The position numbers and the translations under genes are program-made. DNA of 64,000 nucleotides from contig JACPJQ010000004.1 in assembly GCA_016187465.1 (NCBI GenBank), positions 7,092 to 71,091 on the forward strand. The letters run 5' to 3'. Each line of letters starts with the position of its first letter. Positions within the stretch are counted from its first letter, which is position 1. This DNA comes from Candidatus Woesearchaeota archaeon (lineage in GTDB: Archaea; Nanobdellota; Nanobdellia; Woesearchaeales; GW2011-AR4). Under the pieces are notes generated by a model. The model had not been told where the DNA came from, searched no databases, and saw only the letters and a program-made list of their open reading frames with translations. Positions 17,859-27,346 of this stretch are shown piece after piece.

Positions 17859-18683
17859 ATGCAAATACAGAAATTGGCTGTTAAGGAACAGCTTGTCAAG
17901 AATGTAGTGAAATCAGGCAATGGTGGTGCTGTCTGGGTTCCGAAAGACTGGCTGGGGCAGGAAGTTGTAGTTATACTGCCGGATAAGCCTAAATTAAGCC
18001 CAAGGAGAAGAGTATTGCGCATTCTTGAGCCTTATTTGAAAGATGTTATTGCAGTATTTATTTATGGCTCGTATGCAAGGCATGAAGAAACAGAAGAATC
18101 CGATATTGACGTCATGGTTATAACAAAGGAAAGCCAAGTGCAACTAAAAATAGATGAGCCTAATATTGAAGTAACAGCTTTTCAGCTGGATAATTTAAAA
18201 CGGGCAATTCAAAAATATCCTGTGGTGTACTGCCAGATTGTACAAGAAGCTGAGCCATTGATTAATTCCGATATTTTAAATGAATTAAAAAATATTAAAA
18301 TTGATAAAGAAGATTTCAAATACTATATTAATGAAACAAAAGAGCACATAAAAAGCAATAAAGAGCTTTTGGAGCTTGATAGATTAGACAATGTTTATGT
18401 CAAATCTTATTCAGCCGTATACTCGACAATGTTAAGATTAAGGGGAATTTTTATCGTAAAATGCATATTAAGCAAAGAAAAATTTTCAAATAAATCCTTT
18501 CAAGAATGGCTGATCAAGAAAGGGATGACGAATAAAGAATTTGAGCAATGCTATGCAGTTTATAGGTTAATCAGGGGAAATAAAACTGTTAAAAATATAA
18601 AAATCAAAATTTCTACTGCAGAAAAATTATTAAATGCCATAATAAAAGAGACTGAGTCTATAGAATCCAAAGTTCATGGTTAA
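17859..18683 (+). CDS. Pol-beta superfamily nucleotidyltransferase with N-terminal AbrB/swapped-hairpin-like domain
   Basis: VWVPKDWLGQEVVV at the N-terminus. FIYGSYARHEETEESDIDVMVI NTase motif. Confidence 0.45.
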   Translation: MQIQKLAVKEQLVKNVVKSGNGGAVWVPKDWLGQEVVVILPDKPKLSPRRRVLRILEPYLKDVIAVFIYGSYARHEETEESDIDVMVITKESQVQLKIDEPNIEVTAFQLDNLKRAIQKYPVVYCQIVQEAEPLINSDILNELKNIKIDKEDFKYYINETKEHIKSNKELLELDRLDNVYVKSYSAVYSTMLRLRGIFIVKCILSKEKFSNKSFQEWLIKKGMTNKEFEQCYAVYRLIRGNKTVKNIKIKISTAEKLLNAIIKETESIESKVHG

Positions 18684-18867
18684 TAGAAAAAAGAGGCTTA
18701 AAAGGGGAATTGAATCGCTGGAAAAACAGATTGGGCTGCATGAGGAAAAATTAAAAAAAGCTTTTGAAGAAGACAACATTGAGCTGGCCGGATACTACAA
18801 AAAAGAGATAGATGCCAAGAAAAAAGATAAAGAGGAAAAGGAAAGAATTTTGAAAAAAGGAGGCTAA
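18676..18867 (+). CDS. Small charged coiled-coil protein
   Basis: ORF of 63 aa, rich in K and E. Overlaps the NTase stop. Confidence 0.2.
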   Translation: MVNRKKRLKRGIESLEKQIGLHEEKLKKAFEEDNIELAGYYKKEIDAKKKDKEEKERILKKGG

Positions 18868-19544
18868 TTCTGCTTCTTCTTGCATATAAACATACAATGG
18901 TCTTTCTGGAACGGCTCCAGTTCGCGGTAGTCGATAATTGTCAATGATTTTTCAAGCTTTTCCTTGACTTCCCTGAAAATCTGCTTTGGCTGCTTTGTAA
19001 CATCAATGCTTCTTGCCTTGACTGCCAATAAAGCATAACCGCCATTTTTCAAAAATAATGAAACATTTCTCAGGAAAATATCAACCTGGCTTTTCTGAGC
19101 AACGTCTTGGTACACAGCATCTACAGCAGATATTCTTTCCCTGAGTTCATTAACTTTTTTGGCGTCTGCCATAATAGGTAAAATATTTTCTCTTTGATAG
19201 GAGAGGAAAATCAAATCCCTCACAACTCTTGGTGCAACATCAACAGCAAAGATCGCTCCTTCATCCCCGACAATGTCGGAAACATGGCTGACGGTAGTTC
19301 CGGATGCAGAGCCAAGGTATAAAACAACATCATTTTTTCTTATGAAGATGGCAGGGCTCCCTTTTAGTATAGAAGCCGCAAGCTTGCTTTTGAAGGCGTC
19401 CCACTCCCTGTACTCAACTCCGTTCTCGACGACAAGCCGTTCCCCATAAACTTTTTTGCCAGTGATTAAATTGGCAGTGTAAAGCTGCCTTCTCTTTCCT
19501 TCCTGCGATTCATAAACCTCAAATATTTTTGAGCCGGCTATCAT
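18864..19544 (-). CDS. flpA: Fibrillarin-like rRNA/tRNA 2'-O-methyltransferase
   Basis: SAM-MTase motif YLGSASGTTVSHVSDIVG. Size 226 aa. Co-operonic with Nop5. Confidence 0.8.
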   Translation of the reverse strand: MIAGSKIFEVYESQEGKRRQLYTANLITGKKVYGERLVVENGVEYREWDAFKSKLAASILKGSPAIFIRKNDVVLYLGSASGTTVSHVSDIVGDEGAIFAVDVAPRVVRDLIFLSYQRENILPIMADAKKVNELRERISAVDAVYQDVAQKSQVDIFLRNVSLFLKNGGYALLAVKARSIDVTKQPKQIFREVKEKLEKSLTIIDYRELEPFQKDHCMFICKKKQN

Positions 19545-20479
19545 CTTGAAAATTTATCCTCCAGCATTTTTCTAAGCTTGTCTCCTATGAATTTGCCCCG
19601 GAAATAGTCAACCTTTGCTGCTATGGATATCTTGTCGGCCAATGCCCTTGCCACCCTGCCGTGCATTTTGTCCGGGACTCCGGCAATCAAGACATGGCTG
19701 ACTATTACGCCGTGCCTTGGCGGCTTTGCTCCGGTTTTCATGTGCCTGAATAATGCTTTTTCCGCGCCGAGAATCTGGACTGTTGACGATGGCATCTCGC
19801 TCAATCTTTTCAAAGAGCCGGCGTGCTCAATAAGCTTTGCCCCAACCGCGACATCACAGACTGCCTTGACATTCGGGCAAAGCCCATCCATTAGAGCAGA
19901 GATATACTCCAATTGGGCTTTTCTCAACTGGTATAAGTCATGAATTTGGTGGATTAAGCTCCTTATCGGCTCTAGATCCTCCTGCTCCAAATCAGCTCCG
20001 ATCGAGCTAGAGGCATCAATTTTTAAATCATTAAATAATTCTGATTTTTCCTTTTCCAAAATTGCTCCAACAAATTCCTCATGGTTTTCTATCGCCCTTG
20101 ATGTTTCAGGATTGTAAAGTTCATACCACTCCCTTAATCGCTTCGCCATAAGATTTATGGCTTTGTCAAGTTCATCAACAGACTTGGTGGCCTGTATAAG
20201 CAATACGTCGTCATTAACGGAATTTTTTACATCAGATTTTGTTAACTCAAGGTTTTTATCGTGGAAATCAATTAAGAATTTTTTATTTTTAAAGTGCAAT
20301 AATATATTTTTAAATTCTTTTTCGCCAGGCTCTTTGAGATTCTTATGTTTATTTTTAATTATTTCTATTGTTTTTTCTTTGTTTTTATAAGCCTCTATGT
20401 CTTTGAATAATATTTCATCAACTACTTTAAACTCATTATTAAAAACAAATATGCCAAGTATGTTTGAAAACAGATACAT
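19541..20479 (-). CDS. nop5: Nop5/Nop56-family C/D box snoRNP protein
   Basis: NOP domain (ALFRHMKTGAKPPRHGVI). Overlaps the fibrillarin start. Confidence 0.7.
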   Translation of the reverse strand: MYLFSNILGIFVFNNEFKVVDEILFKDIEAYKNKEKTIEIIKNKHKNLKEPGEKEFKNILLHFKNKKFLIDFHDKNLELTKSDVKNSVNDDVLLIQATKSVDELDKAINLMAKRLREWYELYNPETSRAIENHEEFVGAILEKEKSELFNDLKIDASSSIGADLEQEDLEPIRSLIHQIHDLYQLRKAQLEYISALMDGLCPNVKAVCDVAVGAKLIEHAGSLKRLSEMPSSTVQILGAEKALFRHMKTGAKPPRHGVIVSHVLIAGVPDKMHGRVARALADKISIAAKVDYFRGKFIGDKLRKMLEDKFSR

Positions 20480-20519
20480 ACTAAAAAGAAGTGGCTATTG
20501 TTTTTTAAAGATGTCGAAT

Positions 20520-22301
20520 CTACCTATTTATTATCTTAAAATGCGGCTTTCTAAAGACTGAATTAGGTATTCTATCAACACCGATTTGGGTTATATGAAA
20601 GACTGTAACCATATCAATCAAGTTTGGATCATAATACTTCATTAATGAACCTACCCCATAGTCTTCTAGTACGCTCTGTAAATCATCTCTCGGGATTTTT
20701 ATTTCTTGAATTATATCCTTAGCTGCTTCGATAGCCTCTTTTAAAGTTGTGTAATCGGTAACACTTTTATTTTCTATAGTTGGCACATTAACTTCATTAA
20801 ATCCGTAAATCTTTTTTAGTCTACCCTTATATTCTTTTGTTTGGTGGCTCAATTTTTTTAATTTGGAATATTCGTGCAACCTTTGGCTCTGTAATTGCAT
20901 CAACATATTTGTATTGTATTTTAAAGTTGAATTGATTTTCATTTTGCCAGTCGTATCTATTGTTACTCCAATCTTTTCTAAAGAAGATAGATGACTAACT
21001 AGGCTTTCTTCCATCTCCCTCATTCCATTGATAAAACTTGCTACGCTATTAGTATACATGAAATAAAGGTAAGGCATATTGCGATTTATAGCTGCTATTG
21101 CATCAGTAGCTTCCTTTATTTGGCCAGCCGGCAACTCAAGAAAATCTTCTAAAGCTCCGGTTTTAATTCCCTCAAGAAAATATTCCGATATGAGAGTTGT
21201 GTATTCCATAACCTTTTTGCTGGTTACCCTATTTCCCAGTTTACCATAGAACTCTGAACCGGTTAATTGATATAAAGTTTTATTAACGCCGTCTATAAGT
21301 AATTGAAACGACCATAGCTGGTTAGATTTAGTTGGTTTATCTTCATCTTCCTCTATTAACCTGGAATAAACTTCTTGAAAGCACCGCAATAGAATTGATT
21401 CGAGCACACGTTGATTGTACCGGAGTTCTGTTATTGTTTTTACACGCATACTTTTATAGGGAACTTCTTCCTTATGATAAACTCCCCTTTCAAGATGGGG
21501 GTCAAATTTTTCATGTGCCTGAACAATGCCCTTTTCCCTCATATAATCTAATTTGGTAACTCTTGCAAATAAGGTTTCATCATTTACTTCACCTATTACA
21601 TTCTTAAGAACCTCCTTGATTTCAGGAGCTAAAGAAATTGGCACTTCTGGTAAGATATTTTCGTCAGAAGCCTGCGTCAAACCTTTTCTCCTACTTAGAT
21701 ACCTCATGACCCCTTGATGAATTCGTTCCCATAGGTCGTAATAGTGAATGTAGGGACCTCCTGGATTAAAGCTAATGTACCATTCCAAAAAAACGGGATT
21801 TATTTGAGCGAGTTGGAAATACAAATTTTTATTTAGAGGTGACTTGGTTTTTCCATTTAACCAAAGTTTTACTGCACCTTTGGTTATTGTAGCGGCGTCA
21901 CCGCCAATTGACCCGTATACCCTGTCTAGGGCTTCGTCATATTCCTCGGGACTAAAATCTCGATTTCCTTCCAACATTATTCTCTGCTCTAAATTAGCTT
22001 CGGTCTTAATGCCCTTCCACAAATTTATTCTGAGTCTTGGTATACTTTTTCCTTCAGAATTCTCCTCAAAAATAACTTGGGTGGCGTATCTGTATCTAGG
22101 AGACTCCATTAGATAAGGTATGATCTCACTAAGGTCTTTTTTAACATACTGACTTTCGTATAAAACCACATCTCCTTCCTGAAGTTCGGAGGCCTTTTTC
22201 TTAAAATAAACTTTATTGTTAATCCTAACATAAACCGGATTATCTCTACCTAATAAGGTACTGCCTGCTGTTGTTTCTACAGCTAGTATGTTACTTGACA
22301 T
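20520..22301 (-). CDS. Large hypothetical protein (593 aa)
   Basis: Long uninterrupted ORF with no recognisable catalytic motif. Co-oriented upstream of nop5-flpA. Confidence 0.4.
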   Translation of the reverse strand: MSSNILAVETTAGSTLLGRDNPVYVRINNKVYFKKKASELQEGDVVLYESQYVKKDLSEIIPYLMESPRYRYATQVIFEENSEGKSIPRLRINLWKGIKTEANLEQRIMLEGNRDFSPEEYDEALDRVYGSIGGDAATITKGAVKLWLNGKTKSPLNKNLYFQLAQINPVFLEWYISFNPGGPYIHYYDLWERIHQGVMRYLSRRKGLTQASDENILPEVPISLAPEIKEVLKNVIGEVNDETLFARVTKLDYMREKGIVQAHEKFDPHLERGVYHKEEVPYKSMRVKTITELRYNQRVLESILLRCFQEVYSRLIEEDEDKPTKSNQLWSFQLLIDGVNKTLYQLTGSEFYGKLGNRVTSKKVMEYTTLISEYFLEGIKTGALEDFLELPAGQIKEATDAIAAINRNMPYLYFMYTNSVASFINGMREMEESLVSHLSSLEKIGVTIDTTGKMKINSTLKYNTNMLMQLQSQRLHEYSKLKKLSHQTKEYKGRLKKIYGFNEVNVPTIENKSVTDYTTLKEAIEAAKDIIQEIKIPRDDLQSVLEDYGVGSLMKYYDPNLIDMVTVFHITQIGVDRIPNSVFRKPHFKIINR

Positions 22302-22390
22302 ATTACCACTTATGAATGGTGTTAATATTTAAATATCTTTCGTTTAGCGAGAACAATAGATTAATAAATGAAAAGTATTATTAAACCGGC

Positions 22391-22693
22391 ATGACGCTGG
22401 CTTACATAACCTGCAAAGACAGGAGAGAGGCTGAGAATATATCAATGCGCTTGCTGAAGAAAAGGATTATAGCATGCGCGAATATATTTCCGATAAAAAG
22501 CATGTACTGGTGGAAAGGAAAAATTGTTAAGGATAGTGAGAATGTCATAATCGCAAAAACAAAGAGCAAAAATTTTAAAAGGCTCGAAAGCGAAGTAAAA
22601 AAGATCCATTCATATAACATTCCATGCATTTTAAAGATAGATGCTGTTTCAAACAAAGAATACGAGCGGTGGGTAAACAAAGAGATAAGGTAA
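22391..22693 (+). CDS. cutA: CutA divalent-cation tolerance protein
   Basis: Sequence and size consistent with a CutA1 family protein. Confidence 0.55.
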   Translation: MTLAYITCKDRREAENISMRLLKKRIIACANIFPIKSMYWWKGKIVKDSENVIIAKTKSKNFKRLESEVKKIHSYNIPCILKIDAVSNKEYERWVNKEIR

Positions 22694-22694
22694 G

Positions 22695-24374
22695 ATGCCG
22701 TTTCACTTGATAAAAGAGGTGCGGGACATAAAGAGATTCAACCGAATACTTGCAGTCCTATTTGAGGAGGGCTTTGACTTTCTTTTGAGCAGGATAAAGC
22801 TTAAGCATAATGTGCCGATAACAAAAAGGCTGACGTCTAAGCTCAAAAAAAGCGAAGACAAAAAGCCGGAAGTAATGCTGAGAAGGACTCTTGAGAGGCT
22901 GGGCCCGACTTTCATAAAGCTTGGGCAGCTTTTGAGCGTAAGGCCTGATTTGGCGCCAAAAGAGTACTGCAAAGAGCTTGAGAAGCTGCAGGACAATGTT
23001 CCCGAATTCCCGTTCAATGAGGCAAAATCAATAATAGAAAAAGAGCTTGGCAAGAGCATGGGGCAGCTGTTTCTTCATTTTGAGAAAAAACCGATAGCCT
23101 CTGCTTCAATAAGCCAAGTTTACAGGGCTGTGCTGAAGAATGGCGATAAAGTTGCTGTAAAAATCCAAAGGCCCGATGTCAGGCGCATAATGGAAACCGA
23201 CATAGAGATAATGATTTATTTTGCAAAACTTCTTGAAAGGAATGTGGAAAGGGTAAGGATGTTTAATCCGTCAAAGATTGTGAACGAGTTTAAGGAATGG
23301 ACGGAAAGGGAGCTGGACTTCAGGCTTGAAGCGAGGAATGCAGGCAGGTTTTACCAGAATTTCAGGGGCAGCAGAACAGTCCGCATACCTAAAGTCTATG
23401 ATGACCTGTCAACTGAAAGGGTGTTGACTCTGGAGTTCATAGAGGGCACTGAGCTTCACAACATAAGCGAAATCAAAAAAAGAAAGCTTGACTTTAACAA
23501 AATAATGAAAAACGGCTTCGATGCTGTTTTCACCCAGGTATTTGTGCACGGCATTTTCCATGCCGATCCTCATCCGGGCAACATAATTATAATGGGTGAT
23601 AATTCGATTGCGTTTGTTGATTTTGGCATTGTGGGCTATTTTGATGAAAAACTGAAGAACAAATGCGTCGACCTCCTTTATGGAATTGTGGAGCAGAATG
23701 AAGAGCTTGTAGTCAGTACATTAACAAGCATGGGAATGGAAAATGGCACTGATTACGACCAGCTGAATGCGGATATCGGATTTATAATCCAGAGGCTGCA
23801 AGGCTCTCAGATTAAAGATATCAAGATAAGCAGGGTGCTTGAGGAAATACTTGACATTGCGCTGAAGCACAAGCTGAAAGTGCCTGCCTCTTTTGTTTTG
23901 TTTGGGAAAACAATAATAATTTTGGAAGGCGTGGCGCTTGAATACGACCCGAATTTCAAGATTGTGGAAACCGCCAAGCCATTTATAGAGAGGATTATCG
24001 CGAAAAGGAAAAACCCGGTGTACATGCTGAGAAGCTTCGCCCACAGCATAGAGAGATACAAGAAATTTGCCGAGGAATTCCCTGAAAAGGCTGAAAGGGC
24101 GCTTGACAAGATACAGAGGGGAACAATAAAAGTGGATATTGAAGATACTGATATAAAGAAGCTGGCATTGGAGATAGACAGGAGCAGCAACAGAGTTGCT
24201 TACGGCCTGCTTATTGCGGCTTTGCTTATTACGTCTGCAATACTGATAAACATAGAGAAAGGGCCGACTATACTTGGCATACCCTTTTTGGCATTTTTCA
24301 GCTTTTTTTTCGCGTCAGTATTCGCATTCATACTATTCGTATCAATATTAAGGGAAAAATTCAGGCACTGGTGA
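22695..24374 (+). CDS. UbiB/ABC1/ADCK-family atypical kinase
   Basis: LGPTFIKLGQLLSVRPDL, FHADPHPGN, and a C-terminal TM segment. Confidence 0.7.
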   Translation: MPFHLIKEVRDIKRFNRILAVLFEEGFDFLLSRIKLKHNVPITKRLTSKLKKSEDKKPEVMLRRTLERLGPTFIKLGQLLSVRPDLAPKEYCKELEKLQDNVPEFPFNEAKSIIEKELGKSMGQLFLHFEKKPIASASISQVYRAVLKNGDKVAVKIQRPDVRRIMETDIEIMIYFAKLLERNVERVRMFNPSKIVNEFKEWTERELDFRLEARNAGRFYQNFRGSRTVRIPKVYDDLSTERVLTLEFIEGTELHNISEIKKRKLDFNKIMKNGFDAVFTQVFVHGIFHADPHPGNIIIMGDNSIAFVDFGIVGYFDEKLKNKCVDLLYGIVEQNEELVVSTLTSMGMENGTDYDQLNADIGFIIQRLQGSQIKDIKISRVLEEILDIALKHKLKVPASFVLFGKTIIILEGVALEYDPNFKIVETAKPFIERIIAKRKNPVYMLRSFAHSIERYKKFAEEFPEKAERALDKIQRGTIKVDIEDTDIKKLALEIDRSSNRVAYGLLIAALLITSAILINIEKGPTILGIPFLAFFSFFFASVFAFILFVSILREKFRHW

Positions 24375-24377
24375 TAA

Positions 24378-24884
24378 ATGCCGCAAGCTGTTGTTCATGT
24401 CCTGTTCACGATTATCGCATTGGATTTATTTAGGGACCATTTTCTTAAGGACAAGAAAAAGCTGCCATTGCATCTCGTATTTATCGGAGGCGTAGCAGGA
24501 TTGCTGCCAGATATTGATGTGCCGTTATTTTGGTTATTGAATAATTTTCTAGGATTTAATGTGCCGTTCTTCCACAGGATTTTTACACATACGTTCCTGT
24601 TTATTCTTATATTTTTGGTCATAGCATTGATTTATCTGGATTTTAACAAAAAAGCCAGCATACTGTTTTTTGTCATCGCATTTGGAGTCGGATTCCATGT
24701 TTTCCTGGACTGGTTTCTTGTAGGCGGTATAGCGCCTTTTTACCCGTTTTCAGATGCAAGCTACGGCTTGGGTTTGGTTGCAAGAACCAACCTGCCGTTG
24801 GCAATTGAAGGACTTGAAGCAATTGTCCTTTTATGGTGGCTGTGGCACGAGGAGAAAACGCACAAGATAAGGGATTTTATTTAG
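24378..24884 (+). CDS. YdjM/DUF457-like membrane-bound metal-dependent hydrolase
   Basis: TM protein with a FTHTFLF His motif. Confidence 0.4.
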   Translation: MPQAVVHVLFTIIALDLFRDHFLKDKKKLPLHLVFIGGVAGLLPDIDVPLFWLLNNFLGFNVPFFHRIFTHTFLFILIFLVIALIYLDFNKKASILFFVIAFGVGFHVFLDWFLVGGIAPFYPFSDASYGLGLVARTNLPLAIEGLEAIVLLWWLWHEEKTHKIRDFI

Positions 24885-25266
24885 AGAAAAAAGTTTTGAC
24901 AGAAGGTTGATGAAACTTAGTGATTATACCCATTAAACGAAAATCCATTAACGGAAAACTCAATAAAAACAAAAAAATCAAAAATCCAGCCCGCCTTCAA
25001 AAATTAAAGAACGTGGAGAAAAGAAACAGGATCCAAAATCAACATACACATTAAGAAGGTGGGTTGGTGATAAAAGAATATCCTATCCCGATTTTGCTTC
25101 GAGGAGTTATGATTTAACACGTCATGGTGATTCACAATCGGTTTTGTATTTGCTACAGTATTCAAAAAAATAAGAAAAATCACGACAAAAGTTCGCCCAA
25201 TTAATCAATTCTTGCGCCCTTGGAATTATCGCCTTCCGTCTAATTTGCAGATAAGGGCAAAATTAT

Positions 25267-25515
25267 TTAGAAAACTCCAAAATTCCTCAAAAGCCTTACA
25301 GCCAATGCAACCAAAAAGACAACAGCCACTGCTGTAAATATGCTGCTTTTTCTCTTGTCCTTAACAGAGATGATGTAGCCCGCCAATGCAAGCCCTGCAG
25401 TTAACGACAGCCATTTCCATACATCGCTTATGTTTGTATAAAATACGTACGCTTCCGCCAATGCGACAGGCAATGCAATTTTAAGTATCAGTTCCCAGTT
25501 ATAATCTTCTTCCAT
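25267..25515 (-). CDS. Small membrane protein
   Basis: Two or three TM helices. Confidence 0.3.
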   Translation of the reverse strand: MEEDYNWELILKIALPVALAEAYVFYTNISDVWKWLSLTAGLALAGYIISVKDKRKSSIFTAVAVVFLVALAVRLLRNFGVF

Positions 25516-25516
25516 T

Positions 25517-26194
25517 TTAGCTTATTACAGTGCCTTTAAATTTTTTCCCATTTAGCAAATTTTCAAAATTTCTTAATTCCCCGCCGAGAATAATTACTTT
25601 AATGCCTGATTTCTGCGCCTCTTTTGCTGCAATGGGATCGAAGGGGGCATTCATTCCAGCTTTCCACTTGCCGCCAATTAATTTTAGGTAGCCTTTCCAT
25701 TTCATTTTTTTAATTTTTTTTGCATTCCTGTATTTTCTTGGGTCTTTGTCGTAGACATATGCCACATTGCTCATGTTGATTACTTCAGCAACGCCGAGAT
25801 TCTTAGCCAGCAGAACAGCATCGTAGTCGGTGCTGCACCCGGGAAGCCATCCGGATGCCATAAGCACGCTTTTTTTGAAACTTAATTTTGAGTTCGGATT
25901 GTCAACAATAAAGCTTTCTGCATCATTCTTGAATATTGACTTCAGCAATAATGCGTTTAATTTAGTCGCGCCAATTCCTATGATATCCAAATCTTTGTTA
26001 TTTAATTGCGCTATTTCAGAAGCAGCTTTCTGCATGTTTCTTGCAAGCATGCCTCCGCCGCAGTATATGGCAAACCTGCAGTTTTGCTTAATATACTTTT
26101 CAATGGTTTGCTTGAATTTTTTTAAGAAATTTGCATCTATGCTGTCTGGCACTATCAAAGATCCTCCCAAGGACAAGACAATTGTTTTCGGCAT
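25517..26194 (-). CDS. pyrH: Archaeal-type UMP kinase (amino-acid kinase family)
   Basis: VLSLGGSLIV N-terminus. 225 aa. Confidence 0.5.
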   Translation of the reverse strand: MPKTIVLSLGGSLIVPDSIDANFLKKFKQTIEKYIKQNCRFAIYCGGGMLARNMQKAASEIAQLNNKDLDIIGIGATKLNALLLKSIFKNDAESFIVDNPNSKLSFKKSVLMASGWLPGCSTDYDAVLLAKNLGVAEVINMSNVAYVYDKDPRKYRNAKKIKKMKWKGYLKLIGGKWKAGMNAPFDPIAAKEAQKSGIKVIILGGELRNFENLLNGKKFKGTVIS

Positions 26195-26234
26195 TTTAGA
26201 TTAAGTTAGAACATTGATATAAAAACTTTCTGAT

Positions 26235-26585
26235 TCAGCTCCCAATTCCAATCAAAGTAACGCCTACTATTATGAATACAATGCCAAACCATTTTAGCTT
26301 GTTCATTTTTTCTCCCAGAAATTTGACGCTGAGCAGGCTAACCCAGATATAGGTCAATGCAACGAAAGGGTACAACACAGATAAGTCTCCTCCTTTCAAA
26401 GCAGGTATGAACAGAATTGTTCCAATAGCGTATAAGGCAACTCCGCCAAAGAGAGGGTAGTTTGTCGCTAAAGAGTTTATTCTTGAGAGCTTCTTTGCCG
26501 ATGCTTTCTTTAATAAAATCGGTCCAAAAGCACCTATTAAAGTTGCTGTGATTACAAGCCCTATCGCCCATAGCTGGGTTGCCAT
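26235..26585 (-). CDS. EamA/DMT-like half-transporter (4 TM)
   Basis: Tandem paralog of 26586..26960. Confidence 0.4.
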   Translation of the reverse strand: MATQLWAIGLVITATLIGAFGPILLKKASAKKLSRINSLATNYPLFGGVALYAIGTILFIPALKGGDLSVLYPFVALTYIWVSLLSVKFLGEKMNKLKWFGIVFIIVGVTLIGIGS

Positions 26586-26960
26586 TTAAATTGCCCCCGG
26601 AACACTGCCTTTGCTGCCGTATCCTATTGATATTATGCCCGCAATGATTGAAATAACGCCGAGCCATTTGAAAATATTCATTGCCTCGTTTAAAAAATAC
26701 ATCGACAAAAAGCTGACCCAGATGTAGCTGGTTGCGATTATCGGATACAAAACAGAAACTTCGCCGCCCCTGAAAGAGACTATCATCAAAATGCCCCCAA
26801 CAGCATAAAGCAAAATTCCTGCGATTAGGTAGTAATTTGTGAGGATTCCAATAATGTCAAAGCTTAGAGTTGAAGAGCCAAATTTGTACAAAAGCTGGGC
26901 TGAAGATGTAAGAAGAGTTGTGAACAAAATGAGCAAAGCCGCCCATAATTTGGTTGCCAT
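26586..26960 (-). CDS. EamA/DMT-like half-transporter (4 TM)
   Basis: Tandem paralog. Immediately adjacent to 26235..26585. Confidence 0.4.
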   Translation of the reverse strand: MATKLWAALLILFTTLLTSSAQLLYKFGSSTLSFDIIGILTNYYLIAGILLYAVGGILMIVSFRGGEVSVLYPIIATSYIWVSFLSMYFLNEAMNIFKWLGVISIIAGIISIGYGSKGSVPGAI

Positions 26961-27125
26961 TTTTATATGAGAAAATCAGTTATATTTATGTTTTTGGATT
27001 TATATTATTGTTAATTGGGAAGGTAATCAACTTAATCGTACCCGTTTTCGAGAGATTATCGGGGTATTAATATTGGAAGAATGTATTTTCATTGAATTTA
27101 CGCATTAAACGAAAACTCAATAAAC

Positions 27126-27260
27126 TAAAAAATCTTTAGCGTTCCCTCAATCTGCCTTTAGCAGCATCTTTTAGACCGCGATTTATGCTAAGCAATAATT
27201 CGTCTTGAGCAATTGCTTCTAACCTCTTCAAGTATTCGTATTCCTCTTTGGGAATTGTTA
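27126..27260 (-). CDS. Small ORF (44 aa)
   Basis: Hand translation gives METVTIPKEEYEYLKRLEAIAQDELLLSINRGLKDAAKGRLRER. Below the track size cutoff. Confidence 0.2.
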
Positions 27261-27346
27261 CTGTTTCCATGATTTATGGACTTAGATTGAGATGTATAAA
27301 TAAAACTTTCCATCACTTTTGCCAAATTCACTTTCAGAACAATTTC

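Noticed and set aside
22703-24190. Multiple minus-strand track ORFs inside the UbiB kinase gene
   Set aside because: They are Ser/Leu-rich shadow frames of a well-supported plus-strand gene.
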